Source of the DNA: Longimicrobiales bacterium
GTDB lineage: Bacteria; Gemmatimonadota; Gemmatimonadetes; Longimicrobiales; RSA9
DNA length: 64,000 nucleotides
Reading direction: 5' to 3'
NCBI GenBank assembly: GCA_036377735.1
Contig: DASUXU010000104.1
Coordinates: 10,904-74,903, forward strand
In this document: positions 45,926 to 54,770 of the stretch, piece after piece
How the letters are laid out: the number at the start of each line of letters is the position of its first letter
How positions within the stretch are numbered: position 1 is the first letter of the stretch
Notes under the pieces: generated by a model
Database searches by the model: none
Told to the model about the DNA's origin: nothing
Seen by the model: only the letters and a program-made list of their open reading frames with translations
Position numbers and translations under genes: made by a program

Positions 45926-47290
45926 TTAGAAGGCGACCACGCCCTCCAGCATGAAGCCCTTGAACTTGCCGCCGTTCCGGATGTCGACGGCCGGGAAGTC
46001 CTCGTACTTCTGCGTCACGTACTCGGCCTTCAGCATCAGAAGGTCATTGACGAACCAGCCGGCGCTGTACTGCTGGCGCGTGGTGGTCACGTCATCGGTG
46101 AACGCTGCGCCAGCCAGGCGGCCCGTCACGGTGTTGTAGCGCGCGCCGACGAAGAGCTTATCGTCCGCGAGGAAGCGGTACACCACGTCGCCTGCATACT
46201 GTGTCACATCACGATCCGCAGTCTCTGTGGCGTTGCGGCCCTTGGCAGTCTCGATCACACCGAAGGCTTCGAGGCCGTGGAACTTGACGAACGGGTTCAC
46301 CTGGAACGCGCGGACCTTGCTGCCGAAGCCGGGGACATACATGCCCGACCGGAAGTTGCCGTTCTCCGTGGCCGCGTCGTTCTCCATGACCTGGTAGTAC
46401 CGGCTGCCTGCGCGGTCGCCGGCGAAGAGCGTATTGCTCGCCGACTTGTCCGTCGTATACATGGAGCCCATCAGGCGCACCCGCAGGTCCGGTGTGAGCT
46501 GCCGGTCCACGCCGGCCTTCGCGATGTAGCTCATGGCGCGGTCGTTCGGCCGGGTCACCATGCCCCGCACCTCACCACCCGTCACACCGCCCATCACCAT
46601 GAAGCCGTTGCTGCGCAGGTAGGCTTCCGCACCGATCTCGGTCGTGAACGCATCCATGATCAGGTTGCCGACGAACGGGTTGTACATGGCATTGCCGTTG
46701 TCCGTGCGACGGAAGTGCGCATCACCGTAGTTGATCTCGAAGTGACCGACCTTGAGTGTCAGGTAGTCCATCAGCGTGTTCAGCGCCGGCACATCGATCG
46801 GGGATTCGTCGATCTGGATGTAGCCGTCCTTCACCCACGTCTCCTGGTGGTGCCGTGACGACAGGTAGGACGTCATCGAGACGCGGATTCCGGGGGCCAG
46901 CTGCGCGTTGACGTACAGGTTGGCCACCGCGTTGTTGAAACCGCTGCCGATTTCCATCAGGTTGTTGTTCCCGGGCGCAGGCACCGCATCTGCGGTGTTG
47001 CTGTGCTCGAGGTCCTGGAACTGCTGGGTGAACGCTGCACCGAAGTCGAGCTTGAACCCGTTGTAGGGGATGTTGTCGTTCTTCGGGGCTTCGAACATGT
47101 TCAGGCCGCGCTTGTCCTGCGGCCGGATGTGCTGGATCGTAATCGCGGGCACCATCGACTTTGCGGCGGCTGGCACTGCGGTCGCGGTCGGGGTGCTGGT
47201 GTCGGCGGAGACAGGAGGGCTGTCCTGCGCGATCGCCGGCGCCGCGAGAGTCAGGGCCGTCAGTGCGGCCACCAATGCATGAGTTCTCAT
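45926..47290 (-). CDS. outer-membrane beta-barrel porin
   Basis: Start at ATG 47290 after GGAGA. Signal peptide (LAAPAIAQD), alternating beta pattern, and a C-terminal aromatic end (GFMLEGVVAF). Confidence 0.8.
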   Translation of the reverse strand: MRTHALVAALTALTLAAPAIAQDSPPVSADTSTPTATAVPAAAKSMVPAITIQHIRPQDKRGLNMFEAPKNDNIPYNGFKLDFGAAFTQQFQDLEHSNTADAVPAPGNNNLMEIGSGFNNAVANLYVNAQLAPGIRVSMTSYLSSRHHQETWVKDGYIQIDESPIDVPALNTLMDYLTLKVGHFEINYGDAHFRRTDNGNAMYNPFVGNLIMDAFTTEIGAEAYLRSNGFMVMGGVTGGEVRGMVTRPNDRAMSYIAKAGVDRQLTPDLRVRLMGSMYTTDKSASNTLFAGDRAGSRYYQVMENDAATENGNFRSGMYVPGFGSKVRAFQVNPFVKFHGLEAFGVIETAKGRNATETADRDVTQYAGDVVYRFLADDKLFVGARYNTVTGRLAGAAFTDDVTTTRQQYSAGWFVNDLLMLKAEYVTQKYEDFPAVDIRNGGKFKGFMLEGVVAF

Positions 47291-47447
47291 TTTCCAGTCT
47301 CCGTGGCGGTTTGGTGTGGCGTTTTCTACGAGGTGAAGATGCAACCGGCAGGAGGCCCGGAATGTCGGTTTTTTGCGGAAGATTCCGGGGGGAACGGCTT
47401 TCGCGCCGTAGGCCGGACGACTACACGGCCGCCCCCGGCCGCACTCT

Positions 47448-47464
47448 GTAGGGGAATCCCCTAC
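47448..47464. promoter_or_regulatory. perfect 8-1-8 palindrome in the porin / two-component divergent region
   Basis: GTAGGGGA-A-TCCCCTAC, 56 nt upstream of the kinase ATG and about 160 nt upstream of the porin ATG. Confidence 0.4.
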
Positions 47465-47519
47465 ACCACTTCGGCGGGGTGCGGACAGCGGGACGGCATG
47501 GCCGCGCGCATCTTTCACC

Positions 47520-48629
47520 ATGTCTGCGATCCCCATGACCGGGCCGCTTCTGCGGACCGATGAGAGCCCGGCGGCGCCCGTCCGCAACGGCATCGGCGTG
47601 CGCCTGCTGCGCCTGCCGCTCTACTTCAAGCTGATCATCGCCAACAGCGCGATCACGCTGCTTGCGGTCGTCGCATGCGCGAGTGTCGCGGTGACGGCAG
47701 CACGAGCGAACCCCGGTGCGAATCCGCTCTCGTCCGTGTGGCCGGTCATCGTCGCGGCGGTGCTGGTCGGCATCGTGGTGAACGCTGCCGTAGTACACGT
47801 CGCACTGACACCACTGCGCAATCTCGTGGATGCCGCGGAGAAGGTGCGCGGCGGCAGCGAGACCGCGCGTGCGATCGAGAGCGCGGTGAGCGACCGCCAG
47901 ATGCAGCGTGCGACGGGGACGTTCAACAGCATGCTGGACAGTGTCGGCGAGTACCGCCGTCGCCTGCGCGAGATCGCGATCCGCGCAATCGATGCCGGCG
48001 AAGCGGAGCGCAAGCGCCTCTCACGCGACCTCCACGACGGAACCGCACAGTCCCTTGCCGCTGTTCTCGTGCAGCTTCGTGTTGCCCGGAAGACTGCCGA
48101 TCCGGCTACCGCGACGTCCCTCGAAGCCATTGCCGACCAGCTCTCCGGCAGCATCAACGAGCTGCGGATGCTGGCGCAGGGGCTGCGGCCGCCGGCCCTC
48201 GACATGATCGGGCTGAGCGCCGCGATCCAGGCGCACGCCCGGAACGTCACGGAGACCGGTGCGGTCCGGGTCGACACCCGGATCGAGGGGGTGGACGGCG
48301 CGCTCCAGCCGGAGTCCGAGCTCGCGCTCTACCGCCTCATCCAGGAAGCGCTGCTGAACGTGGTCCGCCACAGCCGGAGCGACCGCGCCAGGGTCGAGGT
48401 CGAGCGGAACAGCGGCCATGTAGTCGCCACAGTCACGGACGAAGGCCGCGGCTTCGACGTGGATGATGCCCTGGTCAGCGGCGCGCTGGGGCTGTTTGGC
48501 ATGCACGAACGGGCTTCGTATGTTGGGGGCCGCGTAACCGTACGCAGCGCACCGGGCCAGGGGACCCGGGTCCGGATCGAGATTCCGCTCAGGGAAACCA
48601 CGACATGGCCGACACCATCCGCATCCTGA
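47520..48629 (+). CDS. sensor histidine kinase (HisKA_3, NarX/DesK type)
   Basis: Two TM segments, a linker, the H-box LSRDLHDGTAQSL, and an HATPase_c domain. Confidence 0.85.
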   Translation: MSAIPMTGPLLRTDESPAAPVRNGIGVRLLRLPLYFKLIIANSAITLLAVVACASVAVTAARANPGANPLSSVWPVIVAAVLVGIVVNAAVVHVALTPLRNLVDAAEKVRGGSETARAIESAVSDRQMQRATGTFNSMLDSVGEYRRRLREIAIRAIDAGEAERKRLSRDLHDGTAQSLAAVLVQLRVARKTADPATATSLEAIADQLSGSINELRMLAQGLRPPALDMIGLSAAIQAHARNVTETGAVRVDTRIEGVDGALQPESELALYRLIQEALLNVVRHSRSDRARVEVERNSGHVVATVTDEGRGFDVDDALVSGALGLFGMHERASYVGGRVTVRSAPGQGTRVRIEIPLRETTTWPTPSAS

Positions 48630-49270
48630 TCGTCGACGACCACGCAGTCCTGCGCTCCGGCCTCAAGGCCCTGCTGCACGCCGAGGATGACATGGCGGTC
48701 GTCGGCGAGGTTGGTACAGGCGAGGAGGGCGTGGAGCAGGCGAAGTGGCTGAAACCGGACGTCGTCGTCATGGACCTCTCGATGCCGGGCATCGGCGGTC
48801 TCGAGGCCACCCGCCAGATCACCGCGCTCGGCCAGGGGACGAGGGTCCTCGTCCTCACCATGCACGCTGAAGAGGAATACCTGCTCGCCGTCCTGGAAGC
48901 CGGCGGGAGCGGCTACGTCCACAAGAGCAGTGCGGACCAGGACCTGACCACCGCCATCCGCGCCGTCTCGAAGGATGAAGTCTTCCTGTATCCCAGCGCG
49001 GCCAAGCTGCTGCTCAAGGGTTTCAAGAAGAAGGCGGAATCCAGCGGTGTGGACCCGCTTGCGAAGCTGACCGACCGCGAGCGCGACGTGCTCCAGCAGA
49101 CTGCGCAGGGCTTCAGCTCGAGCGAGATCGGCGAGAAACTGTTCATCTCACCGAAGACCGTGGACACGTATCGTTCCCGTGTCATGGAGAAGATCGGCCT
49201 GACGCACCGCTCCGAGCTCGTCCGCTTTGCGCTCGAGACGGGGCTGCTCAAGGCGAACGACGCGCAGTAG
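48605..49270 (+). CDS. NarL/FixJ-family response regulator (LuxR-type HTH)
   Basis: Canonical receiver (VDDH, VMDLSMPG) and a LuxR HTH (LTDRERDVLQQTAQGFSSSEIGEKLFISPKTVDTYR). 25-nt overlap with the kinase gene. Confidence 0.9.
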   Translation: MADTIRILIVDDHAVLRSGLKALLHAEDDMAVVGEVGTGEEGVEQAKWLKPDVVVMDLSMPGIGGLEATRQITALGQGTRVLVLTMHAEEEYLLAVLEAGGSGYVHKSSADQDLTTAIRAVSKDEVFLYPSAAKLLLKGFKKKAESSGVDPLAKLTDRERDVLQQTAQGFSSSEIGEKLFISPKTVDTYRSRVMEKIGLTHRSELVRFALETGLLKANDAQ

Positions 49271-49306
49271 AGGCGCACGCCGCCGGACCGTCCTATATTC
49301 CGACGC

Positions 49307-50944
49307 ATGTCCTCCGACAGTCAGTCCGTTCCGCCGCTGAGCGACCTCGACGAGCAGATGCTGCGCGCGTCGGACGCGATCATCGCGATCTCGGCCGATG
49401 CCATCATCACCATCGATGAAGCGCAGAACATCATCCGCTTCAACCGCGGTGCCGAGGAAATCTTCGGATACACACCCGACGAGATCCTCGGCCGCTCCAT
49501 CGACCTGCTGATTCCTCACCGCTTCCGCGCCGCGCATCCGGAACAGGTCCGCGGCTTTGCGGAATCCCCTGTGATCGCACGCCGGATGGGTGAGAGGCGC
49601 CAGATCTCGGGTCTGCGCAGGAACGGCGAGGAATTCCCGGCGGAAGCGTCCATCTCGAAGACGCGCCTCGGTAACCGCTGGATCTTCACCGTCGCATTGC
49701 GTGACGTGACGGACCGCATGCGGGTCGAACAGGCGCAACGCTTCCTCGCGCAGGCGACCGCAGTGCTGAGCGGCAGCCTGGACACCGCCCACAACCTCCA
49801 AGCCGTTGCGTCCTATGCGGTGCCGCTGCTCGGCGACTGGTGTGTCGTGTTTCTGTCGAACGGCACACAGGGCGTGCGGCGCGCTGCAGCCGTGCATGCA
49901 GATCCGCGTGCGGCGGAGGACATGCAGCGCCTGCTGGAGCTGCCGTTCGGCGGACATGCGGATCACCCGCTTATGGTCTCACTCACGTCCGGTGAGCCGC
50001 TCTTCATCGAGGATTTCACGAGCGACGTCATGCGGGCGTGGTCCGAGCATGCTGCGCACGCCAGGATCCTCGAGCGACTGGCGCCCCGATCCGTCATTGC
50101 GGCGCCCATGCGGGCGCGCGGCCGGACCATCGGCGTATTGTGCTTCTTCCGCGGCGGCACCGGCCGCGTGCATGACCAGGACGACCTCGAGCTTGCGACG
50201 GAGATAGCGCGCCGCGCGGCGCTCGCGCTCGACAACGCGCGGCTCTATGCGGAAGCTCAGGCAGCCGTGCTCGCGCGTGACGACGTGCTCGCCATCGTAT
50301 CTCACGATCTCGGCAATCCCCTCGCCGCGATCCGTCTCGCGAGCACCGTGCTGAACAAGCTGCTCACACGCAGGGGCGCGCAGCCGGATGCACTGCAGCA
50401 GGTCGAGAACATCCGCGCCTCCGTCGCACATATGGACCGTCTCATCCGCGACCTGCTGGACGTGAAGCGCATCGAGGCGGGGTTCCTCGCGCTCGAGAAG
50501 GAGCGCGTCCGCATCCCTGCGCTGCTCGCAGAAGTCAGCGAGTCCTACGCACCGATTGCCGCGGCGCGCTCCATCGAGCTGCGCACGGACGGCGTGGTGG
50601 ACGACGTGCTCCTCGCGGACCGCGAGCGATTGCTCCAGGTGTTCAGCAATCTCGTCGGCAATGCACTCAAGTTCACGCCCCCCGGCGGCCACATCATCCT
50701 CGCCGCAGCGCGCAACGGGCAGACTGTGCGATTCACCATTGCAGACACCGGTCCGGGCATCCCCGCCGAAAACCTGCCGCACGTATTCGACCGCTTCTGG
50801 CAGGCGAGGCGCACGGGCCGTCATGGTATTGGGCTGGGACTGGCCATTGTGAAGGGCATCGTGGATGCGCACGGCGGCTCCATCCACATCGCCAGCGAGC
50901 TCGGCGCCGGCACCACGTTCACCGTCGAACTGCCGACGGGTTGA
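49307..50944 (+). CDS. cytoplasmic PAS-GAF sensor histidine kinase
   Basis: PAS (ITIDEAQNIIRFNRGAEEIFGY), a GAF-like middle region, HisKA (IVSHDLGNPL) and HATPase (GIGLGLAIVKGIV). No TM segments. Confidence 0.85.
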   Translation: MSSDSQSVPPLSDLDEQMLRASDAIIAISADAIITIDEAQNIIRFNRGAEEIFGYTPDEILGRSIDLLIPHRFRAAHPEQVRGFAESPVIARRMGERRQISGLRRNGEEFPAEASISKTRLGNRWIFTVALRDVTDRMRVEQAQRFLAQATAVLSGSLDTAHNLQAVASYAVPLLGDWCVVFLSNGTQGVRRAAAVHADPRAAEDMQRLLELPFGGHADHPLMVSLTSGEPLFIEDFTSDVMRAWSEHAAHARILERLAPRSVIAAPMRARGRTIGVLCFFRGGTGRVHDQDDLELATEIARRAALALDNARLYAEAQAAVLARDDVLAIVSHDLGNPLAAIRLASTVLNKLLTRRGAQPDALQQVENIRASVAHMDRLIRDLLDVKRIEAGFLALEKERVRIPALLAEVSESYAPIAAARSIELRTDGVVDDVLLADRERLLQVFSNLVGNALKFTPPGGHIILAAARNGQTVRFTIADTGPGIPAENLPHVFDRFWQARRTGRHGIGLGLAIVKGIVDAHGGSIHIASELGAGTTFTVELPTG

Positions 50945-50946
50945 TG

Positions 50947-50982
50947 AAAAAAAACGGCGCCAGGTGCATCACCTGTCGCCGT
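50947..50982 (-). terminator. rho-independent terminator of tRNA-Lys; the hairpin may also end the kinase transcript
   Basis: 13-bp stem with one mismatch (ACGGCGCCAGGTG / CACCTGTCGCCGT), followed on the minus strand by T8. Confidence 0.85.
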
Positions 50983-50996
50983 CAGATCTTCCAAAA

Positions 50997-51068
50997 TGGG
51001 CCGGGTGGGGATCGAACCCACGACCAAAGGCTTAAAAGGCCCCTGCTCTACCGCTGAGCTACCAGCCC
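50997..51068 (-). tRNA. tRNA-Lys (anticodon UUU)
   Basis: Hand-folded cloverleaf: GGGCTGG-TA-GCTC-AGCGGTA-GAGC-A-GGGGC-CTTTTAA-GCCTT-TGGTC-GTGGG-TTCGATC-CCCAC-CCGGCCC-A. CCA is not encoded. Confidence 0.85.
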
Positions 51069-51077
51069 TGAGATCGG

Positions 51078-51106
51078 AATCTAGCCGGAGGTGCCGGGGT
51101 CATCAA
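51078..51106 (-). promoter_or_regulatory. sigma70-like promoter of tRNA-Lys
   Basis: Minus strand: TTGATG, 17-nt spacer, TAGATT, ending 9 nt before the mature 5' end. Confidence 0.5.
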
Positions 51107-51140
51107 CGCCGCTTGCCTGACTCCGGCCTACGGCAGCTAG

Positions 51141-51626
51141 TCACGACGGCCGCACCGTCGTGAGCAGTAGTCCCGTGATCACAGTGATCCCCCAAAGGGC
51201 AAGACTCCGAACGCCGGCGTGCCGAAGAGCCGCGAGGTCACCGCGCCTGCCGGAGAGCTGGATAATGCGGCCGTTGGCGAGCAGCAGCACCAGCAGCAGC
51301 ATCTTGGTCCAGAAGATCGGGGACTGCGGCAGGTAGTCGAGCTGCGCAGTGAGCTGTGCGATGCCGGTGAGCAGTGCGAAGCACAGACCGGCAATGACGT
51401 GGCGGTGTGCGCCGGTCAGGACGCTCAGCTCGCCGCGCGCGGCGCTCATCTCGCGCGTGCGCGCGTTCGATGATGTCAGGCGGAGCACGGCGCGGTCGCC
51501 CTGCAGTGCGTAGCGCGCGGCGTATGCGATGGACAGGAGATGGCCGCACGCCGCGGCGAACTGGATGGTGTCGCTGCGCGCATAGAGGGCCGCCCACGAC
51601 GTGAGCGCATCGCCGAGACCGCTCAC
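51141..51626 (-). CDS. membrane protein, unknown function
   Basis: 161 aa with about 4 TM segments. GC3-rich. 10 nt downstream of the preceding gene. Confidence 0.6.
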   Translation of the reverse strand: MSGLGDALTSWAALYARSDTIQFAAACGHLLSIAYAARYALQGDRAVLRLTSSNARTREMSAARGELSVLTGAHRHVIAGLCFALLTGIAQLTAQLDYLPQSPIFWTKMLLLVLLLANGRIIQLSGRRGDLAALRHAGVRSLALWGITVITGLLLTTVRPS

Positions 51627-51636
51627 GCTCTAACCG

Positions 51637-52077
51637 TCAATCCGCCGTCGGATGCTCCGACAGGCCGGGCTTGCCGGCGAGGCCGACGTTGTAGCCCACC
51701 AGTGCGCCGATCACGGCGCTCACGATCTGCGCGAACAGCAGCAGCGTCGTAATCAAGGGCGTGAGCACCTCCCACTGCGCGCCGGACAGCAGGCCGAACA
51801 CGATCACGTTCAGCACCACCCACACGACGAGCGACATCAGGCCGATCGCGATGCCGTGCAGGATCGGCGCGCGCAGTGCGCGCATGCCGGTGAAGAAGCC
51901 ACCGGCGAAGAAGCCGATGATCACGGCGAGAATGCTGGCCCAGGTGTTCTCGGCTTCGACCGGAGACATGCCGACGGCAGCGAGCGCGAGCAGCACGAGC
52001 GAGCTGACCGCGACTGCAACCAGCCAGCCCATCATGACGCGGCCAGTGCTGACGTTCTGAAGGTGTTCGGAGTGCAT
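51637..52077 (-). CDS. membrane protein, unknown function
   Basis: 146 aa with 4 TM segments. Its start abuts the rnhB stop. Confidence 0.65.
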   Translation of the reverse strand: MHSEHLQNVSTGRVMMGWLVAVAVSSLVLLALAAVGMSPVEAENTWASILAVIIGFFAGGFFTGMRALRAPILHGIAIGLMSLVVWVVLNVIVFGLLSGAQWEVLTPLITTLLLFAQIVSAVIGALVGYNVGLAGKPGLSEHPTAD

Positions 52078-52773
52078 CTAGAGAATCTCCAGTGTGAGCT
52101 GCGTGTTCGGCTCGAAGGACCGCCGGTGGTGCGGCGTGAGGCCGAGACTGCCGATCGCATCGCGGTGCTCGAGCGTGCCGTATCCCACGTTGTGATCCCA
52201 GCCGTATCCCGGGTAGCGTGATGCGAGCAGGTGCATCGCGCGGTCGCGCACGACCTTGGCCACGATCGATGCGCATGCAATGCAGTGCACCTTCGCGTCG
52301 CCGTCGACCACGGCCGTGTGACGGTCGCCCAGCTCATGCACCGGGAGACCGTCCACGATGATGTGCTGCGGCTCGAACGGCAGCCGCATCAGCGCGCGCC
52401 GCATCGCGAGATGGGACGCGCGCAGGATGTTGAGGCGGTCCACTTCCTTCGTGCTCGCGGCACCGATGCCGATGGCCAGCGCCTTCGACCGGATCTCGGT
52501 GAACAGCGCTTCGCGCTTCTCGGCCGTCAGCTTCTTCGAGTCGTCGACGCCGCGGATGCCGACACCGGGTGCAAATACGACGGCCGCCGCCAGGACGGGA
52601 CCGGCGAGCGGGCCGCGGCCGGCTTCGTCCACACCTGCGACGAGCTCGATGCCACGGTCCCACATCGACTGCTCGAGCTCCATGAGCCTGAGCAGCTGCC
52701 GTATCTCCTTCCGGCGACGGCCACTGGCCGTACGCGGAGTTTTCGGGCGCTTGCGACGAGCGGGTTCAGCCAC
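52078..52773 (-). CDS. rnhB: ribonuclease HII
   Basis: GVDEAGRGPLAGPV and IGAASTKEVD motifs. Confidence 0.9.
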   Translation of the reverse strand: MAEPARRKRPKTPRTASGRRRKEIRQLLRLMELEQSMWDRGIELVAGVDEAGRGPLAGPVLAAAVVFAPGVGIRGVDDSKKLTAEKREALFTEIRSKALAIGIGAASTKEVDRLNILRASHLAMRRALMRLPFEPQHIIVDGLPVHELGDRHTAVVDGDAKVHCIACASIVAKVVRDRAMHLLASRYPGYGWDHNVGYGTLEHRDAIGSLGLTPHHRRSFEPNTQLTLEIL

Positions 52774-52785
52774 GCGCGCCGCGCG

Positions 52786-53133
52786 TCAGTTGGCCTGGCG
52801 CTCCTTGATGCGCGCTGCCTTGCCGCGCAGTGCGCGCAGGTAGTACAGCTTCGCACGGCGGACGCGGCCGCGGCGAACCACCGTCACCGACTCCACGGTC
52901 GGCGAGTGCATCGGGAATACGCGCTCCACGCCAATGCCGCTTGAGATCTTCCGTACCGTGAAGGTTTCCGTGATCCCGCCGTTCTTGCGTGCGATGCAGA
53001 CGCCCTCGAACGCCTGGATGCGCTCCTTCTCACCCTCGCGCACGCGCACGTTCACGCGCAGCGTGTCGCCCGGCGCGAACGCCGGCAGGTCGGTGCGCAT
53101 CTGCTCTCTCGAGACTTCCTGCAAAACGTCCAT
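52786..53133 (-). CDS. rplS: 50S ribosomal protein L19
   Basis: [30 protein letters not shown] is a typical L19 sequence. Confidence 0.95.
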   Translation of the reverse strand: MDVLQEVSREQMRTDLPAFAPGDTLRVNVRVREGEKERIQAFEGVCIARKNGGITETFTVRKISSGIGVERVFPMHSPTVESVTVVRRGRVRRAKLYYLRALRGKAARIKERQAN

Positions 53134-53191
53134 GGGTCCTCCTCGATCGCACGCTGCGACCTTTTTGTGAAAGCGATTACCGCTTTGACTG

Positions 53192-53878
53192 TTAGTGTCC
53201 GTGTTGATACTTCTCCCAGAGGTCGGGCCGCCGCTCCCGCGTCAGCCGCTCCGCCTCCGCCAGCCGCCAGGCATCCACATTCGCCTGGTGTCCCGACAGC
53301 AGCACCTCCGGTACTTCCATCCCGCGATACTCCGCGGGTCTCGTGTACGACGGCGCGCTCAGCAGGCCGTCGTCATAGAACGAATCCGTCGCGGCGGCCT
53401 CGTGCGTGCCGAGCGCACCCGGCAGCAGCCTCACGACCGCGTCCGTGATTGCGAGCGCGGCATACTCGCCGCCGCTCAGCACGAAATCGCCCAGCGAGAC
53501 CTCTTCGGTCGCGAGCGACTCCGCCACGCGCTGATCCACATCCTTGTAGTGACCGCAGAGCAGCGTCAGCTCGGTCTCGAGCGACAGCCGTACTGCATCA
53601 CTGTGGCTGAAGCGGCGACCCCGCGCCGACATCAGCAGGATCGGACCCTGCGGCTTCAGGGCGTCCACCGCCTCGAAGAACGGTGCCGGCTTCATCACCA
53701 TGCCGGCGCCACCGCCGAACGGCGCGTCGTCCACCGTGCGATGGCGGTCATGCGTGTAATCACGCAGGTCCACCATCCGGTACTCCACCAGCCCCTTCTC
53801 CCGCGCGCGAGCCGGTATGCTCAGCGACAGCGGTCCCTCGAAGAACGAGGGGAAGATGCTGACGAAGTTGATGCGCAA
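53192..53878 (-). CDS. trmD: tRNA (guanine37-N1)-methyltransferase
   Basis: Full-length similarity to TrmD ([26 protein letters not shown]). Confidence 0.93.
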   Translation of the reverse strand: MRINFVSIFPSFFEGPLSLSIPARAREKGLVEYRMVDLRDYTHDRHRTVDDAPFGGGAGMVMKPAPFFEAVDALKPQGPILLMSARGRRFSHSDAVRLSLETELTLLCGHYKDVDQRVAESLATEEVSLGDFVLSGGEYAALAITDAVVRLLPGALGTHEAAATDSFYDDGLLSAPSYTRPAEYRGMEVPEVLLSGHQANVDAWRLAEAERLTRERRPDLWEKYQHGH

Positions 53879-53880
53879 CG

Positions 53881-54438
53881 TCAGATCTCCAGCAGGCCTT
53901 CCGGCGGATCGATCACGATCCTGCCGCCGGCCACGTCCGTCTCCTTCACGATGTGGGCGGCGAACGGGATCAGCCGCACCCTGCCATCGTCGTCCTGCAC
54001 CTCGAGCAGGTGCGTCGGCTCGGTCTCGAAGACCTCGCGGACCCGCCCGACATCCAGCCCTTCAACCGTCGCCACCCGCATGCCCAGCAGCTGGTGGTAG
54101 AACAGCTCGCCCTCCTCGAGCGGCGGCAGCGCGTCGCGCGGCGCCAGCACGTAGAGACCAAGCAGCTCTTCAACGGCAGTGCGGTCGTCGTATCCATCGA
54201 AATGGACAAGGACCGCTTCCTTGAACGGACGGCTGCTCACGATGAACAGCTCATCCGCTTCATCATCCACCCGGCCGTCCGCATCACCGACCAGCAGCTC
54301 TGCTTCGGGCACGAACACCGCATCCGGCGAATCGGTGAGCGGCCAGACGACCACCTCACCCCTGTTGCCGTGCGCCTTGCTGATCTGGCCGACTACCAGG
54401 TGCTCCGGCTCGTGTGGCCGCGCCCCTGTCTCAGCCAT
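53881..54438 (-). CDS. rimM: 16S rRNA processing protein RimM
   Basis: VGQISKAHGNRGEV N-terminus and a PRC barrel, in the conserved rpsP-rimM-trmD-rplS context. Confidence 0.9.
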   Translation of the reverse strand: MAETGARPHEPEHLVVGQISKAHGNRGEVVVWPLTDSPDAVFVPEAELLVGDADGRVDDEADELFIVSSRPFKEAVLVHFDGYDDRTAVEELLGLYVLAPRDALPPLEEGELFYHQLLGMRVATVEGLDVGRVREVFETEPTHLLEVQDDDGRVRLIPFAAHIVKETDVAGGRIVIDPPEGLLEI

Positions 54439-54443
54439 CCTGC

Positions 54444-54758
54444 TCAGGCCTGCGCGTTCTCGGCTGCAGCGACTTCCTCGGCGAACGACGTACCCATGTA
54501 CTTCACCTTGTCGTCGCCACCGGCCCGCGCCTTGTTGACTAGCGTGCGAACCGTGTCGCTCATCTCGGCACCGCGCTCGAGCCAGTTGTCCACCGCCGCC
54601 AGGTCGAGACGAAGCTCGGCCGGCGACGCCATCGGGCTGTAATGACCGATCGCCGCGAGGTACTGGCCGTTGCGCGGTGTGGTCGAGCCGGTCACCACCA
54701 CGCGGTAGAACGGCGCCTTCTTCCGGCCTGTGCGCCGGAGACGAATCTTAACGGACAT
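54444..54758 (-). CDS. rpsP: 30S ribosomal protein S16
   Basis: MSVKIRLRRTGRKKAPFYRVVV. Confidence 0.95.
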   Translation of the reverse strand: MSVKIRLRRTGRKKAPFYRVVVTGSTTPRNGQYLAAIGHYSPMASPAELRLDLAAVDNWLERGAEMSDTVRTLVNKARAGGDDKVKYMGTSFAEEVAAAENAQA

Positions 54759-54770
54759 GCGTGTCTTTCC

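Noticed and set aside
47356-47389. Inverted repeat CCCGGAAT...ATTCCGGG with a T-run, considered as a terminator or attenuator in the porin/kinase intergenic region.
   Set aside because: The T-run lies inside the 18-nt loop, not after the stem, and no gene ends upstream of it. It is not an intrinsic terminator, and function cannot be inferred.
50997-52077. tRNA-Lys as a possible integration site for a genomic island.
   Set aside because: There is no integrase, no repeat of the tRNA 3' end and no compositional shift. The flanking genes are a sensor kinase and two small membrane proteins that trail the conserved ffh...rnhB operon.
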